A stretch of 64,000 nt of DNA from Candidatus Poseidoniaceae archaeon. Its GTDB lineage: Archaea; Thermoplasmatota; Poseidoniia; Poseidoniales; Poseidoniaceae. The notes under the pieces are model-generated. The model saw only the letters and a list, made by a program, of their open reading frames with translations. It did no database searches and had not been told where the DNA came from. The DNA lies in assembly GCA_028822845.1 (NCBI GenBank), contig JAPKCS010000004.1, positions 14,626-78,625 on the forward strand, read 5' to 3'. The position numbers and the translations under genes are program-made. This document shows positions 45,443 through 55,187 of this stretch, piece by piece (the stretch's first letter is position 1; each line of letters opens with the position of its first letter).

Positions 45443-48400
45443 TCAGAACCGCTTGGTGTTGCTTCCACCACGGCTCATCTTAACGCCGCCAAAGATGACA
45501 ACGATGATCAGAATGATAATGCCCACTGTGGTCAACCATGTATCGGAATCTTCTGCGGATTCAATGAAGTACTCCACTGAGAAGTCACCATCGGTGATGT
45601 TATCGGAAACGAAAGCGCTGTCTTCACCAGCAACCTCAACGTGGTATTCGAAACGTTGCGATCCTGATGGCATAGCGCCGACTTCAAACACAGCATTGGT
45701 GGTCGAAAGACCAGCGACTGAAATTGTTTGACTTCCATACGAGACGCCAGTCAGTTGGTTGGTGAGGGAAACAATCACGCTGTCAGCGTCAAGGTAGCCA
45801 AAGTTCTCGATTGGAATGCGCACTTCAGTCGATTCGACGTCAGCCGTCTGATCGCTTGCAAGGGTCACGAGACCATCGTTAATCTGACGCAATGAAATCA
45901 TAGCGGGTTTCAAATCCACATCGAACGTATCGGTGTCTTCACCGTTTTCGCTCGTCACAGTCACACTGACGGTCTTGACTGAACCATCCCAGTCACTTGG
46001 TGCAAAGACGGTGAACAGTTGGGGGCGAACTTCGTCCTTATGCAGTTCCGCATTGGATTGCATTGGTGTCACTTCCCAGCCTTCTGGGATGTTATCAGCC
46101 AAACTGATGCTAAAGGTGTCATCTCCGTTTCCATTGTTGGTCAACTTGAATGAGAATTGGCGAGATGAGCCAGCGGCGAGGCCGAGTTCAGTCACTTCAT
46201 CAGAGATTTCGAGGCCATAGGTCTGTGGGACTTGCACATCGATTGAGATTTCACTTGAAGCACCGGTGATGGTGCTCATGCGAACCTTGATCTTGTGGGC
46301 CTCATCGAAGTTGTAGGCTTCGGATTGGTTTGCAACATTCACTCGGACACGGATGGTTCCAGTGGAATCGACGGTGTCGTCGCTAGCGTTTTGTCCAACA
46401 CCGAGGTCCAAATCATACGAATCAACCCAAGCGGTACCATTGAAGAATTCAACGGACCATAGGTTGCTGTCCTGAACGGCGCCAATTGATCCTTCCACGG
46501 TGAACACATCGTTGACCTCTGTGCCTTCGTAAGCAACATCAAGGTCAAACTCGATGGTTTCGTAAGCCTCTCCGACGGGTGTAGCCATCAAACTGGTTTC
46601 ATCACCCTCAACGAGTGTTGCGTTGGTAACAGTTCCAGCAGACATAACCACCGTACTCTCAGAATTGATGGTACGTGTGAACATCATGTCCACGGGGGAT
46701 CGACCCTCACCAACAGATGTTTTACCGCCTGCAATGTATTCCATGTCAAGCAAGTCATCGTGTTGGATGGTCATGAACGTTGAGTCAAAGTCGACATCGC
46801 CGGTTGGTACAAGGATACTGAGTGTACCCTCTTCCGACAACGGCATGTCCCATGCACTGTCGCCGATTGAAACGGTAATGGTAACGCTGCCGTTCAATTT
46901 CTCAGCGCCATCTGAGCCAGCACCTGCGTGGTGGGAGCCCAAGGCGAAGTCAGTCCATTCAGTGGTGAGGTCAACCCAGCCACCGAGCTTCATTTCGAGA
47001 TCGAGTGCAGCCCCGTTAGCGATGGTTGCATCGAGCAAACCAACAGCGACACCGCCGCCGTTTTCATCTGGATTGGCTTGCGTCACAACGACGATCCATT
47101 CACCTGGAGCGATATCTGAACTCCATGTGAGGACATCGTTTGCGAACACTGCGTTGATGCTGATTGGGTCACGCACGCCATCGAGGGTCGGGTAGAGAAC
47201 GATTGTAGCGTTGACGAGGCGAGATGCATCTTTGATATCTGTCACGTTACCAGAGACTGCAACATTTCCTGCAAGGACTTCGAGGTCGTGGGATTCTGGG
47301 TTGTTTTCCACAGGGTAAGCGCTGGAATTGCTCAAGTTGTATGATTCATTTCCAAAGCCTTCCTTGCCCACTGACACTGTGTAATTGTCGTGGACTGGGA
47401 CAAACAAGGACCAGACACCGGAAGCGTCAGTGGTCACGTTCGTGTCAACATCGGTTAAGGTTCCAAGCACCACAACGAGAACGTCCTCGACACCTTCTGT
47501 CATTCCAGGGGTGTCATCTTCGTTCAAGTCCCAGTAAATCTTTCCACCGATCTCCACTTCCAAATCAGCCGTAACGATGCCCAAGTCAAGGGCTCCATCA
47601 GTAGCGTCAAGGGTGGTGAAGGAGGCATCAGAGGTATCCATGGACCAGTGGCGTTGTGGAGCCGATTCATTGAGGAAAAGGCTCCATGTGCCCGGCATCA
47701 TTGACTCTGTGACCATACCGGTGTCGTTTGACTTGGTAAGGGTCACATTGCCAAAGCCATCGTGACTCACAGCGGTAACACGCACATTTGACATGTTGTT
47801 GTTGCTGTCTGTCTCTTGCAATTGGAAGGTCACTTCGACCGTTTCAATGGTGCTGTAGGTCAATCCGGTCCTGACCGTTGAATTTGTACCAACGGTAAGA
47901 GGAGCACGAAGAACTTCCGTGGCGTTCTCGTTGGCGATGAATGGAGCAACGATGCTCACCCAGTCACCAGCAGAAACGTAGCCATGGAACGAGCCGTTTG
48001 TGTCGCTTTCAATGTTGTACCACAAATCCTGTTCTGCTTCATAGAGAAGGAACTGCTTCTCAATGGCATCACCGGAAGCGTTTGTGAGGGTACCAGTGAC
48101 AAGGTATTCGTTGCGCAATGGCATGTCCATGGTCTCGTCAATGGTGTCCAAACCAATAATGATTGGTTGAAGAGCCGTGACGCCGCCAAGGGCGAAATCG
48201 CTAGCGTTCTCTTGACCTGGTTCAGTGTAGTTGAACTGAACTGCATAGGTACCAGGTTCCAGCGAAATGGTGATGACACCAGGCGACGTATAGTTGTCAG
48301 CTGTGTAATTCATTTGCACGCCGTGGTTGTTGAGTGGTACAGCAGAGAATGAAGGGCTGACAAGTGTGCCGTTCTCGAACGAGGCATCTGCGCCTGCGTC

Positions 48401-51400
48401 CATGAAGAACTGGAGCGTCACATTCTGGTGGGCTGGGTTGGCAAAGAGTTCAATCGGAGAGGGCGGTGAACCGCTTTCTCCATCGATGTTGAAATTCTCA
48501 ACTGGTTCGATGTTCAAATCGCTGTCAATAGCGCTGAAGTCCCATTCACCATCAAGGAGGAAGAAGTTGAACTCGCCACCGGAGGTGATCTCAGTTCGCC
48601 ATTCCAAACCATCTTCATTGGTTGCAACCAAGGTTTGTGCAGACCATCCCGGGACCAGGTTGTCCCAGAGTGAAGTGTTTTCATAGAGGAACACAAAGCC
48701 GTTTGTTGCGGTCGCTGGTGCAAGGTACATGATGCCCATGGCCATTTCATTCTGCCCGTCAAGTGTGATCAATTGACCACCCGTGTAGGTCGAGAAGATA
48801 CTGATGGTGGTCATGTGGAAGTCTTGCCCGTTTGGCAAGCGCATGCTGTAGTTGCCGTCAGCATCTGTCACCGTGCTGAAGGAAAGGTCACCGGATGTGA
48901 AATCAATGGTGAGTGCGGAAGCAGCGTCGCTTTCAGTCAACTTGTTTTCATCAGTTCCTTGAACCCACAATGCATAATTATTTGCATCGATGACGGTGCG
49001 GATGCTCCCATTCACCCATGTAGCGATTGCATAAGTTCCATCGATGTTCAGGTCTTCTTCTTCTAAGAGGAAGTAGTTGAACAAGACATAGTTGTCATCC
49101 AAATCATCAGAAACCGTGTAAGCGCCCATTGGTAATTCAATGTACACCACGCCGTTCTCATCAGAGGTAGCGGTAATTGGAGCCATGAGTGAATCATCGT
49201 TGGTGAAGGTCACGACACGGTCGTTGATTGAAATCATCGAAGTTTGCGTCTCTGGATTGGTTGGAGACACAAGTTGCATGGTCACGTCGTGCATTTCAGG
49301 AACCGCCATCAACATCGAGAAGTTTTCTGAATCATCACGAACGGTGAAACTGTCGTTGACTTCATACCATCCATCGTTGTCAATGTCCACTCGGTAGAAG
49401 TAGTCTCCAGGGGCAAGAGGCCCGTACGAGAAGGTACCGTTTTCGTCGGTGATGATGTCAACTGCGAATTCTTCGCCGAGGCCTTCATCGACCAATTCAA
49501 TGGTTTCGTTTGCAAAGATGATGCTGAAGAAGTCTTCCAGTGTGTCTTCGAAGATGGAACCCGGCATTGACATTTCCAGATCATAGGTTGGAGTGATGCC
49601 AATATCAACTGGGCGAGGAAGGAGCACTTCTTTTCCGTTGTCCAATTGAGCAATCATGTTGTACATGCCCGGGACAAGTCCAGTGAGGTAGAAGGAACCG
49701 GGTTGAACCATGGATCCCGAAAAGTGACCTTGACCGATGAACAAGCCAGTGCCGTTGAGCGTTCCTGTTCCTTCAAAGGAACCAGTTGCTTCCAACGTAG
49801 CGTTGATCACTTCAGTGACCAGGGTCGAAACGCCTTGAGACGTCAAACGACCGTTGGCTGTGATTTCTCCATCGAGCAGGTAAGTCGTGAGTGCGCCAGT
49901 GCTGTCCTTGACACAGATGGATTCGTTGGTCGGCATCGAAGTCGTGTCGTTTTCGACATAACAATCAACGATGCTTTCGTTTGAAATCCAGCTAGCCTCG
50001 AGTGTACCAACACCGTTCCATGTACCATTGCTGGTGTAGGTTCGCTTGTCGGCGATTGAACGAGTAAAGGTTCCAGTGAAGTCCTGAGCAAAGGCGACAC
50101 CTTCGCTTTCGAAGGTTCCGTTTTCGGTGAATGTTACTTCACCGGTTCCTTGGAGGATTCGACTGTCTTCAGAAGTGAAGGACCCGTTGGTTGTTGTGAG
50201 GGTGTAGTTTTCTGTCATCGACCAAATGCTACGGAGCACAAAGGTGGTGTCAACAAGGGGATCACCGTTGAAAGATTCTGCACCTGTCCATGAAACAAGA
50301 CCGGAAACACCACTGCTCTTGACAGCGATGTCCATAGCCTCTGTGGCGGCTGCATCGTCAGCACGGTCTGCTTGTTCAGCAGTTACGTTCAGTTGGGTCT
50401 CGCCCAACCATGTCATGTTCGCAACTTCACCGAGAATAGCTGTGATGTCGTTCACATAACGATCTTCGTTGGTTTCGGTGAGGATGTCAGCAAGACCGTC
50501 CACAAAGGAACCTGTTCGTACGCTGTCGCGAGCGTTCGTTGGATCGTATTCACCAGCAAAGGCTGAGACACGGATTCGGCCTGCAGGAGCATCAAAGCTC
50601 CACTTGCCATCTTCATCAGCATCAACGAAGCCGATTGGAATCCAATAGGTGTCTCCGTCGAGGTCTTCTGTACCTTCACCAGAGAAGGCGTCACGCTCAA
50701 TGAGCAGACGAACACCGGACAAACCTTGTCCGTTGTCGCTCATGGATACCTGACCTGAAACTTCAGCACCAGAGTAGTACTTGAGGATCTTCACGTAGGT
50801 GTTGGTTTGGCCAATACTAGCGTTCGCATCTTCATTGTACCAGTTGCTGATTACAAAGTGATTCGACATGGCGCCAGGAAGTGGAAGAGCTTGGCTCAAT
50901 GCACTACCAGGGCTGCCTTGTTGGCCAAAGTGCTGTGCAGGTTGGGGATTGGAAGAACCGGAATCGATACCGAGCGTTGAAGCGCCGTAACCAACGTAGG
51001 TGTTGGCGAGCATGGTGTTGAAGAACGCAGGGTTATGGTCGACACGAACATCTTGAACTTGCAATGGGTCAATTTCTGCACCAGCTTGCTGATTGAGGAA
51101 ATCCTCGGTGATGGCTGCATCGACTTCTTCTCGAGTCATTTCATCTTGGAATTCGCCACGGGTGGTTTCGTAGACTTCATCCATGAATGTGCTAATGTCT
51201 TGTCCACTGAGGATTGTAGGAGCTCCGAAGATTCCCATTGGCTGGCCACGGTTGTAGCCTGCATCTGCAGTGTACCGTCCAGCCTTGGGGTAGAGTCGGC
51301 TGTCAATAGCAAAGTAACGGATTTCGTGATCACGCTCGACCATCTCACCAGGAGCGCCGTAGTAATCTTGTACGGAATAGTAGTCTTCCATGTTGATCAG

Positions 51401-54400
51401 TTCATCATAGAAGTCGACAATTTGTCCGTCGTCCAGTGTGTTACCAATGAATTGCACAGTCAAGGCCAAACGAGCATTCACCCGGTGGATGTTGGTGGAG
51501 ACTGAGTCGTATTCTTCGACAAGGTCCTCGGTGTACCAGTAATCGTTGATGATGTAATGCGTTGTCTCATCGGATGAGTCTTGAGCGGAACGAATGTTGT
51601 TGGTGAACGTGCGCTCTGCTTCTGAAAGTTCAGTCCAATCGCTGCCTTGGCAAGTCACTGAAAGCACGTCTGTGCATTCAATTTGAACCGAATCCTTGTA
51701 GATCCTGTAAACCATGGTTGAACTGTCAAATGCACCGTCGACCTGATGGTATCCTTCTGCCATGACGACGTCTCGGTTGGTCTTGATGACCTTGAAACTG
51801 CTTTCAACCAAAAGGGTCTTCATATCCTCTTTGTCATCGTCTGTGTTAATGGTGACGAAATCATCAAATTGAGCCTGTGTGAAGTGGTTATCGGCGATAT
51901 TCGAGAATCCATCAGTGAATTCATAGTTACCTGTGTTGGCATTTTGGTAGGCAATGTCGCCTTGACCTAATTGCCAAATGAACATGGAGATGAGGTCTTC
52001 TTGAGATTGTGCTAAGAGCATGTTCCCAGTTGCAGGAATACCGGATTGGAAGTTGTCCGAAACGGATGGATGCTCACCTTGGCTGAGTGCTTGGAAACCG
52101 TAGTCCCACCATGATACAAACGCAGGACGTTCCGAATATTGTTCATCGGTGTCCTGATCGGCGAGCCAAGAATAAGCGGCGTTCCAACTGTTATCGTTGA
52201 AACCAGAGCCCATGGAGCCGAGGTACCAGTTGCCGTCGTAGGCGCTGTCATCAAGCAAAGAGAATCCAGCAATTTCGAAACGAAGTGCGTCAGGGATGAG
52301 GTTGAAGATTGTTTCATCAAGTTCTTCTTCTGCTGACACCGTGGATGGAATTGCTGCATCCAATCCGTAGGTCGCTTGTTGTCCAAAGAGCATGATCATC
52401 ACAAGAATGATCGCTGAGAAGTTAGGTGTGCGCCACAATGCTTTGCGAGCGCCGCGAATGCGGTCTTCTGGAGATCGGATTCCGAACTTTTTCCAGGTAC
52501 GAACCATTCCGCTCCAATTGCCCCACTTCCACAATGAAACGATGCCCCATGCGCCAAGGATAGCGATGGCAGGTGTTGCGTTGAACATGAACCGAGCTGC
52601 TGTCCAAGCCATGTAGGAAGCGACAAGGATCCAAACACCGAAGATGAGGTTTGTGTGCTTGCGTTCTCGGAGGCCGGAAATGAGGCAAAGAAGACCCATA
52701 ACCAACGATAAGAGGAAGGTGATTGGTCCGAACTGTGCGAAGAGTTGTCCTCTGTCGCTTGCATTTGCTTCGGCAACCGTTCCGAAAATCTTCGTCTTGG
52801 TGAAGTAACCGCCGCCAGTGAACAAGACGTCCCAGGCGTTGGAGATGTCAGCGAACTTCAAGGCGTAGAGCAAAGAGAAGAACACGGCACTTCCGACACC
52901 AAGGACACCAAGAACCAGCAACCAAGGTTTGTCTCGGAAGCCAATGGTGACAAAGGCAATGGCCAAAGTGAAGATGGCGATGAACAAGAACGGCTGAAGG
53001 CCAGTTCCGTCAAGCACGAGGTTTAGTTGAGGGTGCCCGTAGAACGGCAATGCCATCAAGAAATTGACCGCAAGCATGGTGATGAAGAGCACGCTCAATG
53101 TTGTCGAATCCCTTCGGCGGAACATGTTCAATGCAACTTGCAATGCATAAGCAAGGAACAAGATCGATGGCCCAACGACGAACCCTTTCCAGCCAAGGGA
53201 AACCACACCGAATGAAACACCGGCGAGCACTGCATACGAAAGAGCGGCAGTGCGTTGGTTGGCAACCGCAGAGAAGGATTGCATGTAGGTCGACAACGAG
53301 GGAGTCGTGGTGCGGAGAAGACGGTCGCTACCGGCATACTTGGCTGCTTTGAGCCAGAACATGAAGCCCATTGTCAAGAAGAGCATGATGAAGGCATCGT
53401 GATCTGCAAGAGCGAAGGTGGTGTGAGATACGTGTGCTGGCATGAAGGCCAGGAGCCAAGCAGCAACGACTGCTGCTTTCTCGTTGACATGCTCACGGGC
53501 GATGGCGGCGACCGGTAGGATGGTCAAAGCGCCATAGACAGAAGGCAACACGAGGATGGACCACCAGACTGCAGAGTCAGCGCCAACGAATGGTTTGAGG
53601 ATCATAGCAAGCAAAGCGATCGACCACGTGAACAATGGTGGACGAGGATTGATGCCACCAACTGGGTAGAATCGGTCGGAGTCAACAATCATGTGAGCGT
53701 TGTTCGCCAAAATGTAGTCGACAACTCGCTTCATGTACCAAGGGTCAGAACCACCGGTCATGTCCCAGGTGTTGGTTCCGAGGGAGTTCATCGAAGGGAG
53801 CACATACCATAGGTTTCGGATAACGAAACCAAAGAAGAAGGCCATACCAATCATGATGCTGGCCCAGTGTGCGTTCCAGAATTGACGAGCACCGGATGGC
53901 TCGAATTCACTGCGGTTGGACCAACCGCCCCATTTCTCACCTGTGGAAATCACGTAAATGATTGCACAGATGAAGAAGGTAAAGGCCAACCAAATTAGTG
54001 CGCCCCAACTGCCTTCAAAGGCTTCGTTTTGGATCATGCCAGCCTCATACCAAGCCGAAACGAGGTAAAGGACCCACATTGAACCGATGAGCATGGAACG
54101 AGTGTACCAGCGTTCTGAAGCCATGCCGGCAACGATCAAAGCAACCATTCCAGTGAAGAATGCGCTCCAGAAACCGAAGTAACCATGGTATGCTGCGAGT
54201 TCAGGATACTGACTGACTGCTTGACCACTGAATGGGCCAAAGACGTTGAACATGAGCTGGTCATCGTTCATGAGGTAATTGAAATGCCACAAGCTTCCGA
54301 TGTGAGCCAGTGCCCAAACACCCAGTCCAATTTGGAGGGGGAGAGTCGAGCGGTTCCATGACCCGTTACCATCGGTAATGTGGCTGAACCAGCCTTTCTC

Positions 54401-55003
54401 AGAGGATGGCGAAAGAACGCCACGGGCGAGAACTGCTCCAAGAAGACCAAGGATGGTGAAGAGCATAGCATAGCTGAAGAATTGGTAACCAACAGCCCCA
54501 CGGTACGCATCCAAGACGCCGATTGAAACACCGGTGGACATGGTCAGTGTGGTGGAGAGGTTTGCAGCCATATTTTCAGCGGCCACGAATCCGAGCTGGA
54601 CACCGATGGCAGCAAAAATCAACACGTTTGCCCATTCGAACGAACGGCGCATGTGAAGGGTGTGAATTCCAAACATGACCACGAAGAACAGCAGAGCGCT
54701 GACCGCTCCGAGTTCTGCCATGTAGACCAATTCGGCACCGACAATAGCAACGCCCAGTGAAACGAGAGAGAGGGTGGAGGCTGCAAGAGTGATGGTGCCG
54801 TTGGCGTGAAGCACGCGAGGTGCGAGACCAAGCGATGCTGCCGCAAGGACGACAAGCATTGGTGTCAGGTTTTCAAAGTTGAGATCGAAGGACAAGCCAA
54901 CAATCTGTGTCGCTGCGAGCGCTAGAAGCACTGCTAGGGGGGCAATAAGCCAACCAAGCATAGGTGCTGGCGCTGGGCGCGGTTCGGGGTTTTTCGTTTC
55001 CAT
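45443..55003 (-). CDS. aglB: Giant (3186 aa) AglB/STT3-family oligosaccharyltransferase with an extra N-terminal polytopic segment, a ~2100-aa C-terminal ectodomain and a terminal TM anchor
   Basis: GGSDPWYMKR (res ~417-426), ALADHDAF (~532-539), TVAE (~742-745) and WWDYG (res 965-969, nt 52097-52111, checked against the DNA). About 375 hydrophobic residues precede the canonical first TM. Downstream there are carboxypeptidase-regulatory-like and CARDB-like modules (FKLTNNGNGDDTFSISL, IPIENFGYLDADSVIVSL). The final TM is TVGIIILIIVVIFGGV. Confidence 0.8.
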   Translation of the reverse strand: METKNPEPRPAPAPMLGWLIAPLAVLLALAATQIVGLSFDLNFENLTPMLVVLAAASLGLAPRVLHANGTITLAASTLSLVSLGVAIVGAELVYMAELGAVSALLFFVVMFGIHTLHMRRSFEWANVLIFAAIGVQLGFVAAENMAANLSTTLTMSTGVSIGVLDAYRGAVGYQFFSYAMLFTILGLLGAVLARGVLSPSSEKGWFSHITDGNGSWNRSTLPLQIGLGVWALAHIGSLWHFNYLMNDDQLMFNVFGPFSGQAVSQYPELAAYHGYFGFWSAFFTGMVALIVAGMASERWYTRSMLIGSMWVLYLVSAWYEAGMIQNEAFEGSWGALIWLAFTFFICAIIYVISTGEKWGGWSNRSEFEPSGARQFWNAHWASIMIGMAFFFGFVIRNLWYVLPSMNSLGTNTWDMTGGSDPWYMKRVVDYILANNAHMIVDSDRFYPVGGINPRPPLFTWSIALLAMILKPFVGADSAVWWSILVLPSVYGALTILPVAAIAREHVNEKAAVVAAWLLAFMPAHVSHTTFALADHDAFIMLFLTMGFMFWLKAAKYAGSDRLLRTTTPSLSTYMQSFSAVANQRTAALSYAVLAGVSFGVVSLGWKGFVVGPSILFLAYALQVALNMFRRRDSTTLSVLFITMLAVNFLMALPFYGHPQLNLVLDGTGLQPFLFIAIFTLAIAFVTIGFRDKPWLLVLGVLGVGSAVFFSLLYALKFADISNAWDVLFTGGGYFTKTKIFGTVAEANASDRGQLFAQFGPITFLLSLVMGLLCLISGLRERKHTNLIFGVWILVASYMAWTAARFMFNATPAIAILGAWGIVSLWKWGNWSGMVRTWKKFGIRSPEDRIRGARKALWRTPNFSAIILVMIMLFGQQATYGLDAAIPSTVSAEEELDETIFNLIPDALRFEIAGFSLLDDSAYDGNWYLGSMGSGFNDNSWNAAYSWLADQDTDEQYSERPAFVSWWDYGFQALSQGEHPSVSDNFQSGIPATGNMLLAQSQEDLISMFIWQLGQGDIAYQNANTGNYEFTDGFSNIADNHFTQAQFDDFVTINTDDDKEDMKTLLVESSFKVIKTNRDVVMAEGYHQVDGAFDSSTMVYRIYKDSVQIECTDVLSVTCQGSDWTELSEAERTFTNNIRSAQDSSDETTHYIINDYWYTEDLVEEYDSVSTNIHRVNARLALTVQFIGNTLDDGQIVDFYDELINMEDYYSVQDYYGAPGEMVERDHEIRYFAIDSRLYPKAGRYTADAGYNRGQPMGIFGAPTILSGQDISTFMDEVYETTRGEFQDEMTREEVDAAITEDFLNQQAGAEIDPLQVQDVRVDHNPAFFNTMLANTYVGYGASTLGIDSGSSNPQPAQHFGQQGSPGSALSQALPLPGAMSNHFVISNWYNEDANASIGQTNTYVKILKYYSGAEVSGQVSMSDNGQGLSGVRLLIERDAFSGEGTEDLDGDTYWIPIGFVDADEDGKWSFDAPAGRIRVSAFAGEYDPTNARDSVRTGSFVDGLADILTETNEDRYVNDITAILGEVANMTWLGETQLNVTAEQADRADDAAATEAMDIAVKSSGVSGLVSWTGAESFNGDPLVDTTFVLRSIWSMTENYTLTTTNGSFTSEDSRILQGTGEVTFTENGTFESEGVAFAQDFTGTFTRSIADKRTYTSNGTWNGVGTLEASWISNESIVDCYVENDTTSMPTNESICVKDSTGALTTYLLDGEITANGRLTSQGVSTLVTEVINATLEATGSFEGTGTLNGTGLFIGQGHFSGSMVQPGSFYLTGLVPGMYNMIAQLDNGKEVLLPRPVDIGITPTYDLEMSMPGSIFEDTLEDFFSIIFANETIELVDEGLGEEFAVDIITDENGTFSYGPLAPGDYFYRVDIDNDGWYEVNDSFTVRDDSENFSMLMAVPEMHDVTMQLVSPTNPETQTSMISINDRVVTFTNDDSLMAPITATSDENGVVYIELPMGAYTVSDDLDDNYVLFNYFLLEEEDLNIDGTYAIATWVNGSIRTVIDANNYALWVQGTDENKLTESDAASALTIDFTSGDLSFSTVTDADGNYSMRLPNGQDFHMTTISIFSTYTGGQLITLDGQNEMAMGIMYLAPATATNGFVFLYENTSLWDNLVPGWSAQTLVATNEDGLEWRTEITSGGEFNFFLLDGEWDFSAIDSDLNIEPVENFNIDGESGSPPSPIELFANPAHQNVTLQFFMDAGADASFENGTLVSPSFSAVPLNNHGVQMNYTADNYTSPGVITISLEPGTYAVQFNYTEPGQENASDFALGGVTALQPIIIGLDTIDETMDMPLRNEYLVTGTLTNASGDAIEKQFLLYEAEQDLWYNIESDTNGSFHGYVSAGDWVSIVAPFIANENATEVLRAPLTVGTNSTVRTGLTYSTIETVEVTFQLQETDSNNNMSNVRVTAVSHDGFGNVTLTKSNDTGMVTESMMPGTWSLFLNESAPQRHWSMDTSDASFTTLDATDGALDLGIVTADLEVEIGGKIYWDLNEDDTPGMTEGVEDVLVVVLGTLTDVDTNVTTDASGVWSLFVPVHDNYTVSVGKEGFGNESYNLSNSSAYPVENNPESHDLEVLAGNVAVSGNVTDIKDASRLVNATIVLYPTLDGVRDPISINAVFANDVLTWSSDIAPGEWIVVVTQANPDENGGGVAVGLLDATIANGAALDLEMKLGGWVDLTTEWTDFALGSHHAGAGSDGAEKLNGSVTITVSIGDSAWDMPLSEEGTLSILVPTGDVDFDSTFMTIQHDDLLDMEYIAGGKTSVGEGRSPVDMMFTRTINSESTVVMSAGTVTNATLVEGDETSLMATPVGEAYETIEFDLDVAYEGTEVNDVFTVEGSIGAVQDSNLWSVEFFNGTAWVDSYDLDLGVGQNASDDTVDSTGTIRVRVNVANQSEAYNFDEAHKIKVRMSTITGASSEISIDVQVPQTYGLEISDEVTELGLAAGSSRQFSFKLTNNGNGDDTFSISLADNIPEGWEVTPMQSNAELHKDEVRPQLFTVFAPSDWDGSVKTVSVTVTSENGEDTDTFDVDLKPAMISLRQINDGLVTLASDQTADVESTEVRIPIENFGYLDADSVIVSLTNQLTGVSYGSQTISVAGLSTTNAVFEVGAMPSGSQRFEYHVEVAGEDSAFVSDNITDGDFSVEYFIESAEDSDTWLTTVGIIILIIVVIFGGVKMSRGGSNTKRF

Positions 55004-55187
55004 TTTGTTCCCTCAGGGTATTTGCACGACAGCAGCAAGGCTGTCAAGCACCTTCCGCCACTTTGGGTCCTCTTTTAATGATAACCCCGTGAGGATGACT
55101 TACGATGGCAACGGAGCACCCCGTTCGACGAGAAGTTCTCGTGTGCTTTTTCAAGCGGATGAAATGAGCCGCATATCAGCCGTTCTG

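Noticed and set aside
46623-47195. Antisense ORFs inside aglB (46623-47195, 51035-51505, 54879-55289)
   Set aside because: They are shadow ORFs of a 9.5-kb coding region, with no motifs and no SD or TATA context.
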